Source of the DNA: an uncultured Gaiellaceae bacterium
GTDB taxonomy: Bacteria > Actinomycetota > Thermoleophilia > Gaiellales > Gaiellaceae
Direction of reading: 5' to 3'
Length of the DNA stretch: 64,000 nucleotides
NCBI GenBank assembly: GCA_963808915.1
Contig: CAWEHJ010000002.1
Span: forward strand, 174,815 to 238,814
Shown: positions 29,290-40,080 of the stretch, in pieces
Layout: each line of letters starts with the position of its first letter
Position numbering within the stretch: the stretch's first letter is position 1
The notes under the pieces: generated by a model
Databases searched by the model: none
What the model saw: only the letters and a program-made list of their open reading frames with translations
What the model was told of the DNA's origin: nothing
Translations under genes and position numbers: made by a program

Positions 29290-29580
29290 TCAGGTCTCCT
29301 TTCGGCCCGCACGGAGCAGGCGGTCGTCGATCGTCTCCGGGTCGAGCCCGGCCAGTTCGACGATCTTGTCCCGCGACGCTGAGCCCGACACGAGCCGCAC
29401 GGTAGACCGCGGCACGGCCAGGGTCTCCGAGAGGAGCTCGACGAGTGCGTCGTTGGCCCGGCCGCGCTCGGGCGCGGCGGCCAGACGAACCTTCCAACCG
29501 TCCCCGTGGCGGCCGACGACGGCCGAGCGCGCCGCCCCGGGAGAGACACGAAGCCGAACGCGCGTGACGGGGGCGGTCAT
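29290..29580 (-). CDS. DUF167 (YggU-like) protein
   Basis: 96 aa. The VRVSPGA...G.HGD.WKVRLAAAPERGRANDALVELLSE pattern is typical of YggU. Confidence 0.8.
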   Translation of the reverse strand: MTAPVTRVRLRVSPGAARSAVVGRHGDGWKVRLAAAPERGRANDALVELLSETLAVPRSTVRLVSGSASRDKIVELAGLDPETIDDRLLRAGRKET

Positions 29581-29598
29581 TCGCCCATCGTATCGGCG

Positions 29599-30063
29599 CT
29601 ACCCGGCGAGCCTGTGGACCTCTCCCTCACCGTCTTCCTCGACCTCGGCGACCTGCGGATGCTCCTCGACCACGGCGAGCGCCGTGCGCAGGAGCGACCT
29701 GATCCGCCGCGCGTCCTCCTCGAGCTGCTGCCGCTCGTGCTGTGCGCGCCGGCCGACCGCGCGAGCCTCTGCGTGCGCCTCGGCGACGATCGTCTCGCCC
29801 TGTTTGCGGGCCGTCTCGAGCTGCTCCTGCGCGGCCCTTTCGGCGGAGACGAGCGTCTGGCGGAGGAGCGACTCGAGCTCGCGGTGGCGCTGCAGCTCGT
29901 TCTCGAGGAACTCGACGCGGTCCTGCAGGTCGGCGCGGTCGCGCCAGACGGCGGCGTAGCTCGTCTCGATCTCGGTCAGGTAGCGGTCGACGGTCGAGCG
30001 GCGGTAGCCGAGCAGGCCGCGCCCGATCTGGAGATGGTGGATCTCGACTGGGGTGATGGCCAT
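29599..30063 (-). CDS. DivIVA-domain cell-division/polarity protein
   Basis: MAITPVEIHHLQIGRGLLGYRRSTVDRYL followed by a coiled coil. Internal ATG of ORF 29599..30093. Confidence 0.85.
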   Translation of the reverse strand: MAITPVEIHHLQIGRGLLGYRRSTVDRYLTEIETSYAAVWRDRADLQDRVEFLENELQRHRELESLLRQTLVSAERAAQEQLETARKQGETIVAEAHAEARAVGRRAQHERQQLEEDARRIRSLLRTALAVVEEHPQVAEVEEDGEGEVHRLAG

Positions 30064-30076
30064 GCCGGACCTCCTT

Positions 30077-30376
30077 CTAGAGCAGGGCGTCAACGACTTG
30101 CATCGCGATGAACAGCACCACGATCCCGATCATCGGAGAGAGATCGAGCGGGCCGACCGGCGGGATGAAGCGCCGGAAGATCCGCAGATAGGGATCGCAG
30201 ACGTCGTAGAGGAAGCGTTGGACGCGGTTGAGCCACGGTGAGTACGGCAGCCGGATCCAGGACGTGAGGATGTACGCCAGGATCAGCAGCGAGTAGACCC
30301 ACAGGAACACGACGATGAAGCGCCCGACGGACGACTGCACGTCCGCGAGCAGGGACAGCGTGGCGAGGTCGCCCAT
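30077..30376 (-). CDS. YggT-family membrane protein
   Basis: 99 aa in the tail of ORF 30077..31573, with SWIRLPYSPWLNRVQRFLYDVCDPYLRIFRRFIPPVGPLDLSP. Confidence 0.8.
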   Translation of the reverse strand: MGDLATLSLLADVQSSVGRFIVVFLWVYSLLILAYILTSWIRLPYSPWLNRVQRFLYDVCDPYLRIFRRFIPPVGPLDLSPMIGIVVLFIAMQVVDALL

Positions 30377-30408
30377 GGCGACTCGATTCTCCACCGGGGC
30401 CAGCTTCC

Positions 30409-30936
30409 CTACGCTTGGTTGAAGAAGCCGCCGCGCTCGAGCATGCGTGCGCGTTCCTCGGCGGAGACCTCGACGTTGCGCGGCGTGAGCAGGAAGACCT
30501 TGTCGGCGACGCGCTGCATGCCGCCGTCGAGCGCGTAGGTGAGGCCGCTCGAGAAGTCGATCAGGCGCTTCGAGAGCTCGTTGTCGGCGCCCTGGAGGTT
30601 GAGGATCACCGGCACACCGGCCTTGAAGCGGTCCGCGATCTGCTGCGCGTCGTTGAAGCTGCGTGGCAGGACGAGGTGGACCTTGACGTTGCTCGCGCTC
30701 GGCGCTGCCTCGACGCCGCGAAGCCGCGGCCGGGAGACCTGGGTGTGCTCGGCCTCGCCGGAGTCCGTCCAGTCCTCCTGCTCGCGGCGCCTGGACTGCA
30801 GGCGGCGGACGTTCGAGCGGTCGCGGCGGTAGGTCTTCTCCACCTCCTCCTCGGTCATCAGCTCGTCGTCCCAGTCGTCCTCCTCGGCGATGCCGAAGTA
30901 GACGAGCGTGCGGTTCCAGACGTCGGAGAAGCCCAT
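30409..30936 (-). CDS. sepF: Cell division protein SepF
   Basis: 175 aa. The C-terminal PRSFNDAQQIADRFKAGVPVILNL...RLIDFSSGLTYALDG is the SepF core. Confidence 0.9.
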   Translation of the reverse strand: MGFSDVWNRTLVYFGIAEEDDWDDELMTEEEVEKTYRRDRSNVRRLQSRRREQEDWTDSGEAEHTQVSRPRLRGVEAAPSASNVKVHLVLPRSFNDAQQIADRFKAGVPVILNLQGADNELSKRLIDFSSGLTYALDGGMQRVADKVFLLTPRNVEVSAEERARMLERGGFFNQA

Positions 30937-30948
30937 GGTGGCGGGAGA

Positions 30949-31573
30949 TTATCCTGCAAACAGGATCGAACCGACACGGACGAGCGTTGCGCCCTCCTCG
31001 GCGGCGACGCGGTAGTCCTGGCTCGTGCCCATCGAGAGCTCCGCGAGGCCGCTTCTCGGCGGACAGCTCCCGGAGCCGGCGGAAGTAGGGGCGGCTCTGC
31101 TCGGCGGTGGCTGTGAGCGGCGGCATCGTCATCAGGCCGCGGACGTCGGCGAGGGCCAGGAGGCCGTCGATCTCCTCGGGTACGACGCCCGACTTGGTCG
31201 CCTCGCCGGACAGGCCGACCTCGACGAGAGCCGGGATCTCGAGCCGCCGGGCGGCCGACTCCGACGCGAGCGAGTGGACGAGCTCGCAGGTGGCGTTGAC
31301 GACCTTCACCTTGTTCGACTGGAGATGGCCGATGAAGTGCCAGCGGAAGGCGTCGCCGTACTCGGCGTGCTTGCGCTCGAGCTCCTGCGCGCGGTTCTCG
31401 CCCACGACCTCGACCCCTGCTTCGACCAGCACGGCCATGTCCTCGACGGACACGTACTTCGTGGCGACGACGACCGTGACCGCGGGGCCGACCTCGGCGC
31501 GCACGCGCTCGTAGGCGGCGCGGACGGACTCAGGCGACAACGGCGACCACCCCTTGCCGGCCGGTGAGACCAC
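30949..31573 (-). pseudogene. yggS: YggS-family pyridoxal-phosphate homeostasis protein; frameshift at about 31048
   Basis: VVATKYVS and HFIGHLQSNKV in ORF 30077..31573. The C-terminus LAELSMGTSQDYRVAAEEGATLVRVGSILFAG* is restored by removing one C. The start (GTG 31573 or TTG 31540) is uncertain. Confidence 0.85.
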
Positions 31574-32229
31574 GGTCGCGCCGGTGCGAGAAGAAGAGCT
31601 CCGGGTTGCAGGACGTGCACAGGTCGATGCGCTCGACGCTCTCGACCCCCGCCTCCCGCAGGGCTCGCTCGGCCGCCGTCCAGAGGTCGAGGTTGCGGCC
31701 GTTCATGACGTCCGGGCCGAAGCGCGCCCGGAACGGCCCGGCCACCTCCTCCCCCACCTCGAAGCAGCACGGCCCGATTCCCGGGCCGATCGCCGCCGCC
31801 TGGCGCCCGCCGAGCGCCGCAGCGCCGGCCTCGACGATCCCGGCCAGGAGGCCGCGCCAGCCGACGTGGAGCACGGCTGCGCCCGGGCGCTCGCCGCGCT
31901 CGCGAACGAGGGCGAGCGGCAGGCAGTCGGCGCCGAGGGCGACCAGCGGCAACGCCGCTTCCTCCGTCCAGAGCCCGTCGCCCGGCCGGCCGCGCTCGCC
32001 CGGGGTTGCACGATGCACGACTGCTGAGTGCGTCTGCCGGTTCAGCGTCAGCCGCTCCGGCTCGCCGCCGACCTCGCCGAGCAGCCGGCGGCGGTTCTCC
32101 TCGACGCGCTCGGGCTCGTCGTCGGTCATCCGCCCGAGGTTGAGCGAGTCGAACGGCGGCTTGCTGACGCCGCCGACGCGCGTGGAGAAGACGACGGAGT
32201 ACGGCCCCGGCGGCGTCCCAGCGGATCAT
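31530..32229 (-). pseudogene. pgeF: Peptidoglycan editing factor / polyphenol-oxidase-like YfiH family; frameshift in the GGGG run at 32205..32208
   Basis: MIRWDAAG (ATG at 32229, ATGA overlap with cca) continues as PYSVVFSTRVGGVSKPPFDSLNLG into ORF 31530..32129 if one G is removed. Confidence 0.85.
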
Positions 32230-33594
32230 GCGGCGGTCAGCTCCTCGCGGGCACGGGCGAGCAGGGCGTCACGGTCGTTGCGGGCCGGCTCCTCGATCAC
32301 CTCGTCGAGCAGGGTCTGGAGCACGCGGCCCAGCTCGGGCCCTTCGCTGTAGCCGAGCCCGATCAGGTCGGCGCCGTCGATCGCGAGGCGGTCGAGCCGG
32401 TAGGGGCCGTCCCGCTCGGACTCGACGGCTGCGCGGAACCGCTCGAGTGCCGGCAGCTCCCAATCGGCGATCGCCTTCGAGCGCAGGTCGGCCTCCTTGT
32501 GGTCGAGCAGGTCGCGCGCGAGCTCCTCTCCGTGCGCTGCGAGGAACCGCCGGGCGCGCAGGCCGTCGATCGGCCCGTCGAGGTGGTAGGCGTGGCCGGC
32601 GACGAGCCGGACGACGTGCGAGGTGAGGCGGCCGGGGTAGCGCAGCCGGTTGAGGACCCCGCGAGCGAGCTCGGCTCCGAGCTCGGCGTGCGGGCGGCCA
32701 CCTGCCTGCTCGAGCGGCTTGCCGAGGTCGTGCAGCAGCGCGGCGAGGCGCACAGGCAGCCCGAAGCCGAGGTCGGCCGCGTTCTGGACGACGAGGAAGA
32801 CATGCTCTTCGAGCGGGACCGGCTGACGCGCCGTGCCGAGCGAATGGCCGATCGCCGGCCGGAACTCCGGCAGCAGCTCGACCAGCACCCCCGTGTCGCG
32901 CATCAGCCGGAGCGCATGGGCAGGCCGGGCGCCTAGCAGGAGCTTCGAGAGCTCGCCCAGCCCGTCCGCCGCCAGCCCGCCGCCGATCCGCTCGCCGGAG
33001 ACGAGCCGCACCCCTCCGGCCTCCTCCCGCATCTGCGCCAGCGTCGTCTCGTCCGGCTCGAGCGCGAGCTGGGAGACGAAGCGGAGCCCGCGGACGAGCC
33101 GGAGCGGGTCCTCGCGGAAGCTCGACTCGCGCACCGTGCGCAGGACGCCGGCTCGGAGGTCGCTCTCGCCGCCGTACGGGATCGACGAGCGTGCCGTCCT
33201 CGAGGCGGCGCGCCATCGCGTTGACCGTGAAGTCGCGCCGCTCCAGATCCTGCTCGACGGTGATCGAGGCGTCGGCGACGATCTCGAAGTCGTGCCGGCC
33301 GGGGCCGGTCGAGCGCTCGACCCGCGGCGGCGCGAGCTCGATTCCCTTCGGCGCGAGCGCGCGCGCGGCCGGATCGCGCGGATGGAAGCGGACGCCGACG
33401 AGCCGGCCCGCGACCTCCAGGTCCTCGACGCGACCGTGCGGCTCCAGTGCGGCGCGGAGCTCGGCGTGGCCGACCCGCGGGACGAGGAAGTCCTGGTCGG
33501 GCGGCTCGTTGCCGAGTAGCTCGTCGCGGACCGACCCGCCGACGGCGTAGGCGTCCAGGCCGAGGCCGCGCACGTAGTCCCGGATCGCGCTCAC
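32226..33594 (-). pseudogene. cca: CCA-adding tRNA nucleotidyltransferase with an HD domain; frameshift in the run at 33178..33180
   Basis: The N-terminal GGSVRDELLG...DFTVNAM (ORF 32269..33594) joins YGGESDLRAGVLRTV...LHDLGK (ORF 32226..33134) after removal of one base. Confidence 0.85.
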
Positions 33595-33629
33595 CGGCGA
33601 AGTCTGCCCGCGCCGCGGGCCGGCGGCGC

Positions 33630-34016
33630 TCAGCGCGCCGCGATCGCCTCGATCTCGACGAGCGCGCCGGAGGGCAGCTGCGAGATCCCGACGGTCGAGC
33701 GTGCCGGCGGCGTGTCGCCGACCTTCGTCGCGTAGACCTCGTTCATCCCGGCGAAGTTCGCGAGGTCCGTGAGGAAGACGGTCGTCTTCAGCAGCCGGTC
33801 GAGGCCGCTGCCGGCCGCCTCGAGGATCGCGCCGAGGTTCCGGAGCGCCTGCTCGGTCTGCGCGCCGATGCCGCCCTCGACCATCGTCCCGTCGGGCGTC
33901 AGGCCGAGCTGGCCGGCGACGAAGACGAGCTCGCCGGAGACGATCGCCTGGTTGTAGGGCGCCCCCTGAAACGGCGCGGGTGCCTGCTCGGTGCGGACGG
34001 CTGTCTTGTCGCTCAT
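33630..34016 (-). CDS. ridA: RidA/YjgF-family reactive-intermediate deaminase
   Basis: 128 aa with PYNQAIVSGELVFVAGQLG and ARSTVGISQLPSGALVEIE. Confidence 0.9.
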   Translation of the reverse strand: MSDKTAVRTEQAPAPFQGAPYNQAIVSGELVFVAGQLGLTPDGTMVEGGIGAQTEQALRNLGAILEAAGSGLDRLLKTTVFLTDLANFAGMNEVYATKVGDTPPARSTVGISQLPSGALVEIEAIAAR

Positions 34017-34032
34017 CTGGCTCCTCTCGGGC

Positions 34033-34536
34033 TCACGGACGGGTTCGGCAGGCCTCGGCGAGCGCGACGCCGAGCGCCTTGAAGATCGCCTCGAGCACGT
34101 GCTGCGACTCGGTGCCCTCGATCAGGCGCACGTGGACGACGAGCCCGGCGGTCTCGGACAGGCCGCGCAGGAATCGCGCGGCGAGGTCGATCCCGAGGCC
34201 GCCGATCCTCGATGCGGAAAGATCAGCGTTCGACGCGACGAGCGGCCGGTCGGAGCGCTCGAGCACGACCGTGGCGAGCGCCTCGTCCGCGGGCATCGTC
34301 CCGGCGCCGAAGCCCCTCGCGTCCTCGGCGGCGAGGAGGGGTGCGAGCGAGCGGCCGAACGTCCGCCCCGCCTCGTCGACCTCCGCCTCCGGCTCGTCGG
34401 GCGCGAGCTCGAGCGAGACGTCGAAGCCGCCTGCCCGCGCGAGCAGTCCGAGCAGGTGGTCGAGCACCGAGAGGCCGGTCTGCACGTTGGGCTCGCCGCT
34501 CCCGAGCGAGACGCGGGCGATCTGGCCTGCTTCCAC
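34033..34536 (-). CDS. Imidazoleglycerol-phosphate-dehydratase-like protein lacking most metal-binding histidines
   Basis: 167 aa. TGLSVLDHLLG and ESQHVLEAIFKALGVAL align with the IGPD motifs TG.PF.DHML and HH..EA.FKA. The D.HH..ED block is replaced by EVDEAGR. Confidence 0.55.
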   Translation of the reverse strand: MEAGQIARVSLGSGEPNVQTGLSVLDHLLGLLARAGGFDVSLELAPDEPEAEVDEAGRTFGRSLAPLLAAEDARGFGAGTMPADEALATVVLERSDRPLVASNADLSASRIGGLGIDLAARFLRGLSETAGLVVHVRLIEGTESQHVLEAIFKALGVALAEACRTRP

Positions 34537-34580
34537 CCGCGGAGCCTACCGTCAGGCCTCACCGCCTAGGATGCGCACCT

Positions 34581-34964
34581 GTGGACACCGACGACTTCGC
34601 CTGGGACATCCTCGCCGACACGATCGACGAGGACGGTCAGATGCTCTACGAGCCGCTCGTGGCCGCCCGGACCGCGCTGCCGGACGCGACGGACGGCGAG
34701 CGGCAGGCGCTGGTCGCGCGGACGCTGCACGCGCTCGTCGGCGCCGGCCTGATCGCCGTCTTCCGCGAACGGGAGGACGAGCCGCCGGCACCGCTCGACG
34801 ACGCCGAGCTGGACGCGGCGCTGGCCGGCGGCGGCTGGCGGACCGTCCCGCCGGGGCCCGACGGCTCCTCGATCTGGCTTCGCGCCACCCCCGCAGGTGT
34901 GCAGGCGCTCGACGAGGAGGCGCCGCCGGATGTCCGCGAGCGCCGCGCCGCCGGCGGTTCCTGA
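34581..34964 (+). CDS. Hypothetical acidic protein
   Basis: GTG at 34581 in the tail of ORF 34212..34964, giving 127 aa with good GC3. No family recognised. Confidence 0.45.
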   Translation: MDTDDFAWDILADTIDEDGQMLYEPLVAARTALPDATDGERQALVARTLHALVGAGLIAVFREREDEPPAPLDDAELDAALAGGGWRTVPPGPDGSSIWLRATPAGVQALDEEAPPDVRERRAAGGS

Positions 34965-36245
34965 CTAGTCGTCGACGCGCTCGATCGAGGCGCCGAGGGC
35001 GCGCAGCCGCTCGTCGATCCGCTCGTAGCCGCGGTCGATCTGGCGGATGTTGCCGATCACCGACGTGCCCTCCGCGGCGAGAGCGGCGATCAGCATCGCC
35101 ATGCCGGCGCGGATGTCCGGGCTCTCGAGCCGCTCGCCGTACAGCTGGCACGGGCCGGTGACGACGGCGCGGTGCGGGTCGCAGAGGATGATCCTCGCCC
35201 CCATCCCGACCAGCTTGTCGACGAAGAAGAGGCGGCTCTCGAACATCTTCTCGAAGATCAGGACCGTGCCCCGCGCCTGCGTGGCGACGGTGAGCGCGAT
35301 CGACGTCAGGTCGGCAGGGAACGCCGGCCACGGGCCGTCCTCGATCTTCGGGATCTGGCCGCCGAGGTCGTCGCGGACGACGAGCTCCTGGCCGGGCGGA
35401 ACGCGAATGCTGGACTCCGCCACCTCGACGTGCACCCCGAGCCGGGCGAACGCGGGCAGGATCGAGATCAGGTCCTCCGGCGCCGCCGCCTCGATCGTCA
35501 GGTCGCCGCCGGTCACAGCGGCGAGCCCGATGAAGCTCGCGACCTCGATGTGCTCGGGCGCGATCCGATGGTCGGCGCCGCCGAGCCGCTCGACGCCGTG
35601 GATGTGCAGCACGTTCGAGCCGATCCCCTCGATCCCGGCGCCGAGCGCGATCAGGAAGCGGCAGAGATCCTGGACATGGGGCTCGCAGGCCGCGTTGCCG
35701 ATCACGGTCTCGCCCTCGGCGAGCACGGCGGCCATGATCGCGTTCTCGGTCGCCATCACGCTCGCCTCGTCGAGGAAGATCGGACAGCCCCGCAGCGTGT
35801 CGGCGCGCATGTCGTAGCTGCCGTCGATGGTGATCTCGACGCCGAGCTCGGCGAAGGCGTGGATGTGCGGGTCGAGGCGGCGGCGGCCGATCACGTCTCC
35901 GCCGGGGGGCGGCACGACCGCGCGCCCGAGTCGCGCCAGGAGCGGGCCGGCGAGCAGGAAGGAGGCGCGGATCTGGCGGCACAGCTCCTCGTCGAGCTCA
36001 TGCTTCGTGATCCCCGCGGCGTGAACGCGCACCTCGTTCGTCCCCGTCCACTCCGTGTCGGCGCCGAGGTCGGCGAGCAGCTCGACCATCGTCTCGACGT
36101 CGCGGATCCGGGGGACGTTCGTAAGCCGCACGGGCTCGTCCGTGAGCACGCAGGCGGCGAGGATCGGCAGCGCGCCGTTCTTGTTCCCGGCCGCCCGGAC
36201 CGTGCCGTTGAGCGGTCGCCCGCCCTCGATCACGAAGGACTGCAT
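34965..36245 (-). CDS. murA: UDP-N-acetylglucosamine 1-carboxyvinyltransferase
   Basis: 426 aa from the internal ATG ([27 protein letters not shown]). The active-site loop reads [12 protein letters not shown], with Asp where E. coli has Cys115. Confidence 0.95.
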   Translation of the reverse strand: MQSFVIEGGRPLNGTVRAAGNKNGALPILAACVLTDEPVRLTNVPRIRDVETMVELLADLGADTEWTGTNEVRVHAAGITKHELDEELCRQIRASFLLAGPLLARLGRAVVPPPGGDVIGRRRLDPHIHAFAELGVEITIDGSYDMRADTLRGCPIFLDEASVMATENAIMAAVLAEGETVIGNAACEPHVQDLCRFLIALGAGIEGIGSNVLHIHGVERLGGADHRIAPEHIEVASFIGLAAVTGGDLTIEAAAPEDLISILPAFARLGVHVEVAESSIRVPPGQELVVRDDLGGQIPKIEDGPWPAFPADLTSIALTVATQARGTVLIFEKMFESRLFFVDKLVGMGARIILCDPHRAVVTGPCQLYGERLESPDIRAGMAMLIAALAAEGTSVIGNIRQIDRGYERIDERLRALGASIERVDD

Positions 36246-36343
36246 CAGCGATTCGGCGACGAGTGTACGGCTCAAGGTGGAGGGCGCTCGGTCGGACAGG
36301 CCTCCCGGGATCGGCCCGGGAAGCTCGGTATCGTAGCGCCGCG

Positions 36344-36916
36344 GTGACGGTGACCCGGGAGCAGGCCTGGCAGACGCTGACGCGCCACACCAAGGGCGAG
36401 TCGCTGCTCCGCCACGCGCTCGCGGTCGAGGCGTCGGTGCGCTGGTACGCACGCCACTTCGGCGAGGACGAGGAGGCGTGGGGCTGCACGGCGCTCCTGC
36501 ACGACTTCGACTACGAGATCCACCCCACGCTCGACGTGCATCCGCAGGACGGCGCCCCGATCCTTCGCGACGAGGGCTATCCGGAGTGGCTGATCGAGGC
36601 CGTTCTGTCGCACGCCGAGCACCTGGCGATGCCGCGCGACACGGCGCTGAAGCGGACGCTGTTCGCCTGCGACGAGCTCTCCGGGTTCGTCCATGCCTGC
36701 GGGCTCGTGCGGCCGACCGGGCTCGACGGGCTCGAGCCGAAGTCCGTGAAGAAGAAGCTGAAGCAGCCGTCGTTCGCGGCCGGTGTCCATCGCGACGAGG
36801 TCTACGCGGGCGCCGAGCTGCTCGGGCTGGAGCTCGACGAGCACATCGCGAACGTCGTCGCGGCGCTGCAGCCGATTGCGCCCGAGCTCGGGCTCCGCAC
36901 CGCCGCCGACGCCTAG
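36344..36916 (+). CDS. HD-domain metal-dependent phosphohydrolase
   Basis: [10 protein letters not shown]...ALLHDFDYE in ORF 36263..36916. The GTG start at 36344 is tentative. Confidence 0.75.
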   Translation: MTVTREQAWQTLTRHTKGESLLRHALAVEASVRWYARHFGEDEEAWGCTALLHDFDYEIHPTLDVHPQDGAPILRDEGYPEWLIEAVLSHAEHLAMPRDTALKRTLFACDELSGFVHACGLVRPTGLDGLEPKSVKKKLKQPSFAAGVHRDEVYAGAELLGLELDEHIANVVAALQPIAPELGLRTAADA

Positions 36917-36947
36917 GAGGGGGCTTCGGCCCGCGGGCGGCTGGCGA

Positions 36948-38010
36948 TCACCGTGACAGCCCGCTGACGAGCCGCTGGAGATCGTCCTCGTCGGTCCACC
37001 AGCCGATCGACGCGCGGAGGAGGTCCCGGCCCGGCAGCTCGCGGATGATCACGCCCTCGGCGGCCAGCCGCTCGACGATCGCGGCCGCCTCCTCGCCGTC
37101 GGGCGGCCTGAAGGCGACGAGCGTCGCGTCACCGGGCAGCAGCTCGACGAGCGGGTCCAGCAGCTCGCGGCAGCGCAGGGCCTGCGCCGCGGCACGCTCG
37201 AACGCCCACTCGGGGCGAAGATCGATCGCCGCGAGCAGCCCGACGAGCTGCGGCAGTCCGAGCCAGTTCGGGTCGAAGCGCGCCGCACCGTCCTTCGGCA
37301 CGAACGTCCCGTCGGGCTCGTAGCTCGCCTGCGAGAGGTAGCCCGGGTCTCGCGACCCGCAGCCGCTCGGGGTCGGCGACGATCAGCGCGCCGGTCCCGT
37401 CCGGCCCGCAGAGCCACTTCTGGCCGGAGACCGTGTAGAAGTCGACGCCGCGCGCAGTCGTCGGGATCGCGCCGACCGACTGCGCGCCGTCCGCGAGCAC
37501 GGGCACGCCGCTCGTCTCCCTCAGCTCGGCCACCGGCAGCGTCGTGCCCGTCGTCCAGATCACGTGCGAGACGGCGATCAGTCGCGTCCGCGGCCCGACC
37601 GCGGCCAGGATCGCCTCGGGCTCCGGCGGCACGACGACGACGCGCGCACCCGACGCGTGCAGCGGCCCGATCAGGCCGAAGTGCTCCGAGTCGGTCGTGA
37701 CGACCTCGTCCCCCGGCTGGAGGCCGAGGCCCGAGAGCACGATGTTGCAGCCGTCCGTGGTCGAGCCGGTCAGCGACACCAGCGCGGGCTCGACGCCGAC
37801 GAGCTCCGCGACGCGGGCGCGAACCACCTCTCGCTGGCTGAGCGTCCGCTTGAAGGTCGCCTGGTCGCCGCGTCCCTCCTGCAGCGCGCGTTCCTCCTCC
37901 TGGCGCATCGCCTCGACGACAGGCGACGCGAGCGGCCCGTTCGAGCCCGTGTTCAGGTAGGCGAGCCGCTCGAGCACCGGGAACAGCGCCCTCCCCTCCT
38001 CGAACGTCAT
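36948..38010 (-). pseudogene. Class V aminotransferase / cysteine-desulfurase-like PLP enzyme; frameshift in the run at 37342..37344
   Basis: ORF 37129..38010 (SHVIWTTG, FYTVSGQKWLCGPDGTG) joins ORF 36948..37301 through GYLSQASYEPDGTFVPKDGAARFD if one G is removed. Confidence 0.8.
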
Positions 38011-38711
38011 CCGACCCTCGTCTCGACCGGCGCATGGTCGGAGAGCACCCGGCCGTCGACCACACGGCGCTGCTCCGGCCAGGCGACGAGCGGTGTCGCC
38101 GCCGCCCCGCGCACGAGCACATGGTCGATCCCGCCACCGAGCTCCGACCAGCCGGGCAAGGGCTCGAGCTCGGCCGCCCGCACGTTGAAGTCACCGGCGA
38201 GCACGCAAACGTCGCCGTCGCGAGCCACGTCGTCGACGAGCTCCTCCGCGCGCCTGATCTGCCCGCCCGGCACGCCGTGGTCGTGGAAGTCGTTCGTCGC
38301 GTGCAGGTTCCCGACGACGAGCCCGTCCACCCGTACGGCGTGGCACGTCCGCCGCTCGCCTCCGTCGCTGATCTGGCGCTCGCGATGGTCGCGCACGGCG
38401 AGCGGCGGCCGCAGCAGGATCGCGTTCGCCTGCCCGGAGATCGCCGACCGGAGCAACCCCTGGTTGAGGCGCGTGATCGCACCTCCGAGCCCGGCCGGGA
38501 GCCACGGGCGACGCGCGACGGACCAGCGCGTGGTCATGCCGCCGCTCCAGCGCGAGAGCCGGGGCAGCGCCCACAGCGGCACCTCCTGCAGGCAGAGCAC
38601 GTCCGGCCGGTCCGCGACCGCGAGCCCGACCATCTCGCGGAGGTAGGAGCCGCGCCCGGGCGGGTGGCTGTTGCCGTGGAAGACGTTCCAGCTCCGGATC
38701 AGCAGGCTCAC
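38007..38711 (-). CDS. Endonuclease/exonuclease/phosphatase (EEP) family protein
   Basis: 234 aa with SWNVFHGN, DVLCLQEV, LAGDFN and the C-terminal SDHAPV. Confidence 0.8.
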   Translation of the reverse strand: MSLLIRSWNVFHGNSHPPGRGSYLREMVGLAVADRPDVLCLQEVPLWALPRLSRWSGGMTTRWSVARRPWLPAGLGGAITRLNQGLLRSAISGQANAILLRPPLAVRDHRERQISDGGERRTCHAVRVDGLVVGNLHATNDFHDHGVPGGQIRRAEELVDDVARDGDVCVLAGDFNVRAAELEPLPGWSELGGGIDHVLVRGAAATPLVAWPEQRRVVDGRVLSDHAPVETRVG

Positions 38712-38733
38712 GGCGGCCGTAGTCTAGGGAGCC

Positions 38734-39778
38734 GTGCGCGTCGTCCTCGCCGACCCACCTGCGTTCACGCCGTCGTACGACCACGAGCTGGCCGCCGCCC
38801 TGGCGCGCGCCGGCGCCGACGTCGACCTCGTCACCTCCCGGTTCCGCTTCGGGGCCGCGCCCGCGCCCGTCGGATACCGGCGGCGCGAGCTCTTCTACCC
38901 TCTCTCCTCGCGGCTCTTCCGCCGCTCGCGCCTGCGGCTGCCGGTGAAGGCGCTGGAGCACCCGCTCGGCCTCGCGCGGCTGGCGCTCCTCGACGCCGAC
39001 GTCGCACATCTGCAGTGGCTCTCGTCACCCGGCGTCGACGCCCGCCTGCTTCGCTCGCGGGCGCCGCTCGTCTTCACCGCCCATGACCTCCTGCCGCGGC
39101 GGACGGCCGCGAGGCACGACCTCTGGCGGCGGCTCTTCGGCCGGTTCGAGCGGATCGTCGTCCACAGCGAGCGCGGACGCGACACGCTGGCCGGGTTCGG
39201 CGTCGAGGCCGAGAAGCTGCGTGTGATCCCGCACCCGGTCACGCCGAGCGACCCGCCGCGGGCCGACGACGGCAGGACGGTGCTCGCGCTCGGCGTGATC
39301 CGGCCGTACAAGCAGGTCGACCACGCCGCGGAGGCGGTCCGGCGTGTCGACGGCGCACGCCTCGTCGTCGCCGGCGACCCCGTCGGGCCGCTGCCGAACG
39401 GGCTCGACGGCGCCGACCTCCGGCTCGGCGTACCTCTCCGAGGCCGAGGTGGAGCGGGCGCTCGGCGAGGCGACCGTCGCCGTCTTCCCCTACCGCGCCG
39501 AGCTCGACCAGTCCGGGGCGCTCCTGCAGGCGCTCGGCGCGGGTGTGCCGGCCGTGGTCTACGACGTCGGCGGCCTGCCCGATCCGGTGCGGGCCTTCGG
39601 GGCGGGCAGGGTCGTGCCCGCCGACGACGTCGGCGCGCTGGCGGACGCGGTCGGCGAGCTCCTCGCCGACCCTGCAGCGCTCGAGGCCGCCCGGGCCGGT
39701 GCGCGTCGCGCCCGCGAGGAGCTGACCTGGGACCGGAGCGCCGCCGCCCACCTCGACCTCTACCGCGAGCTGACGTGA
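38734..39778 (+). pseudogene. GT4-family glycosyltransferase; frameshift at about 39430
   Basis: ORF 38734.. (FTAHDLLPRR, VHSERGRD) joins ORF 39344..39778 (YLSEAEVERALGEATVAVFPYRAELDQSGALLQALGAGVPAVV) after a one-base correction. Confidence 0.8.
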
Positions 39779-40071
39779 TCTTCCGCCGCAAGCCCTTCGC
39801 GGAGCTGATCGAGCGCCAGCTCGACCTCGTCGCCACCGACGACGCGGATCTGCTCCTCGACGTCGCCGCGCGCCGGCGCGAGCACGCCGCCGCCGACCGC
39901 GAGGACGCCGAGGAGGCGTTCGGCGACTACCAGCTCGCGCTCGAGGCGCTGAAGGACCGGCTGACGGAGGTCCGCGACGCGTATGCCGCCACGCTCGACG
40001 ACCCCGAGCCGTACGAGCATGCCTTCGAGCGTGCCGCCGTTCGGCGCTGGCCCGACATCGAAGCGGTGTAG
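39775..40071 (+). CDS. Hypothetical protein (98 aa)
   Basis: The GTG at 39775 overlaps the glycosyltransferase stop (GTGA). Tail of ORF 38734..40071. Acidic and predicted helical. Confidence 0.45.
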   Translation: MIFRRKPFAELIERQLDLVATDDADLLLDVAARRREHAAADREDAEEAFGDYQLALEALKDRLTEVRDAYAATLDDPEPYEHAFERAAVRRWPDIEAV

Positions 40072-40080
40072 CGTCCGGGC

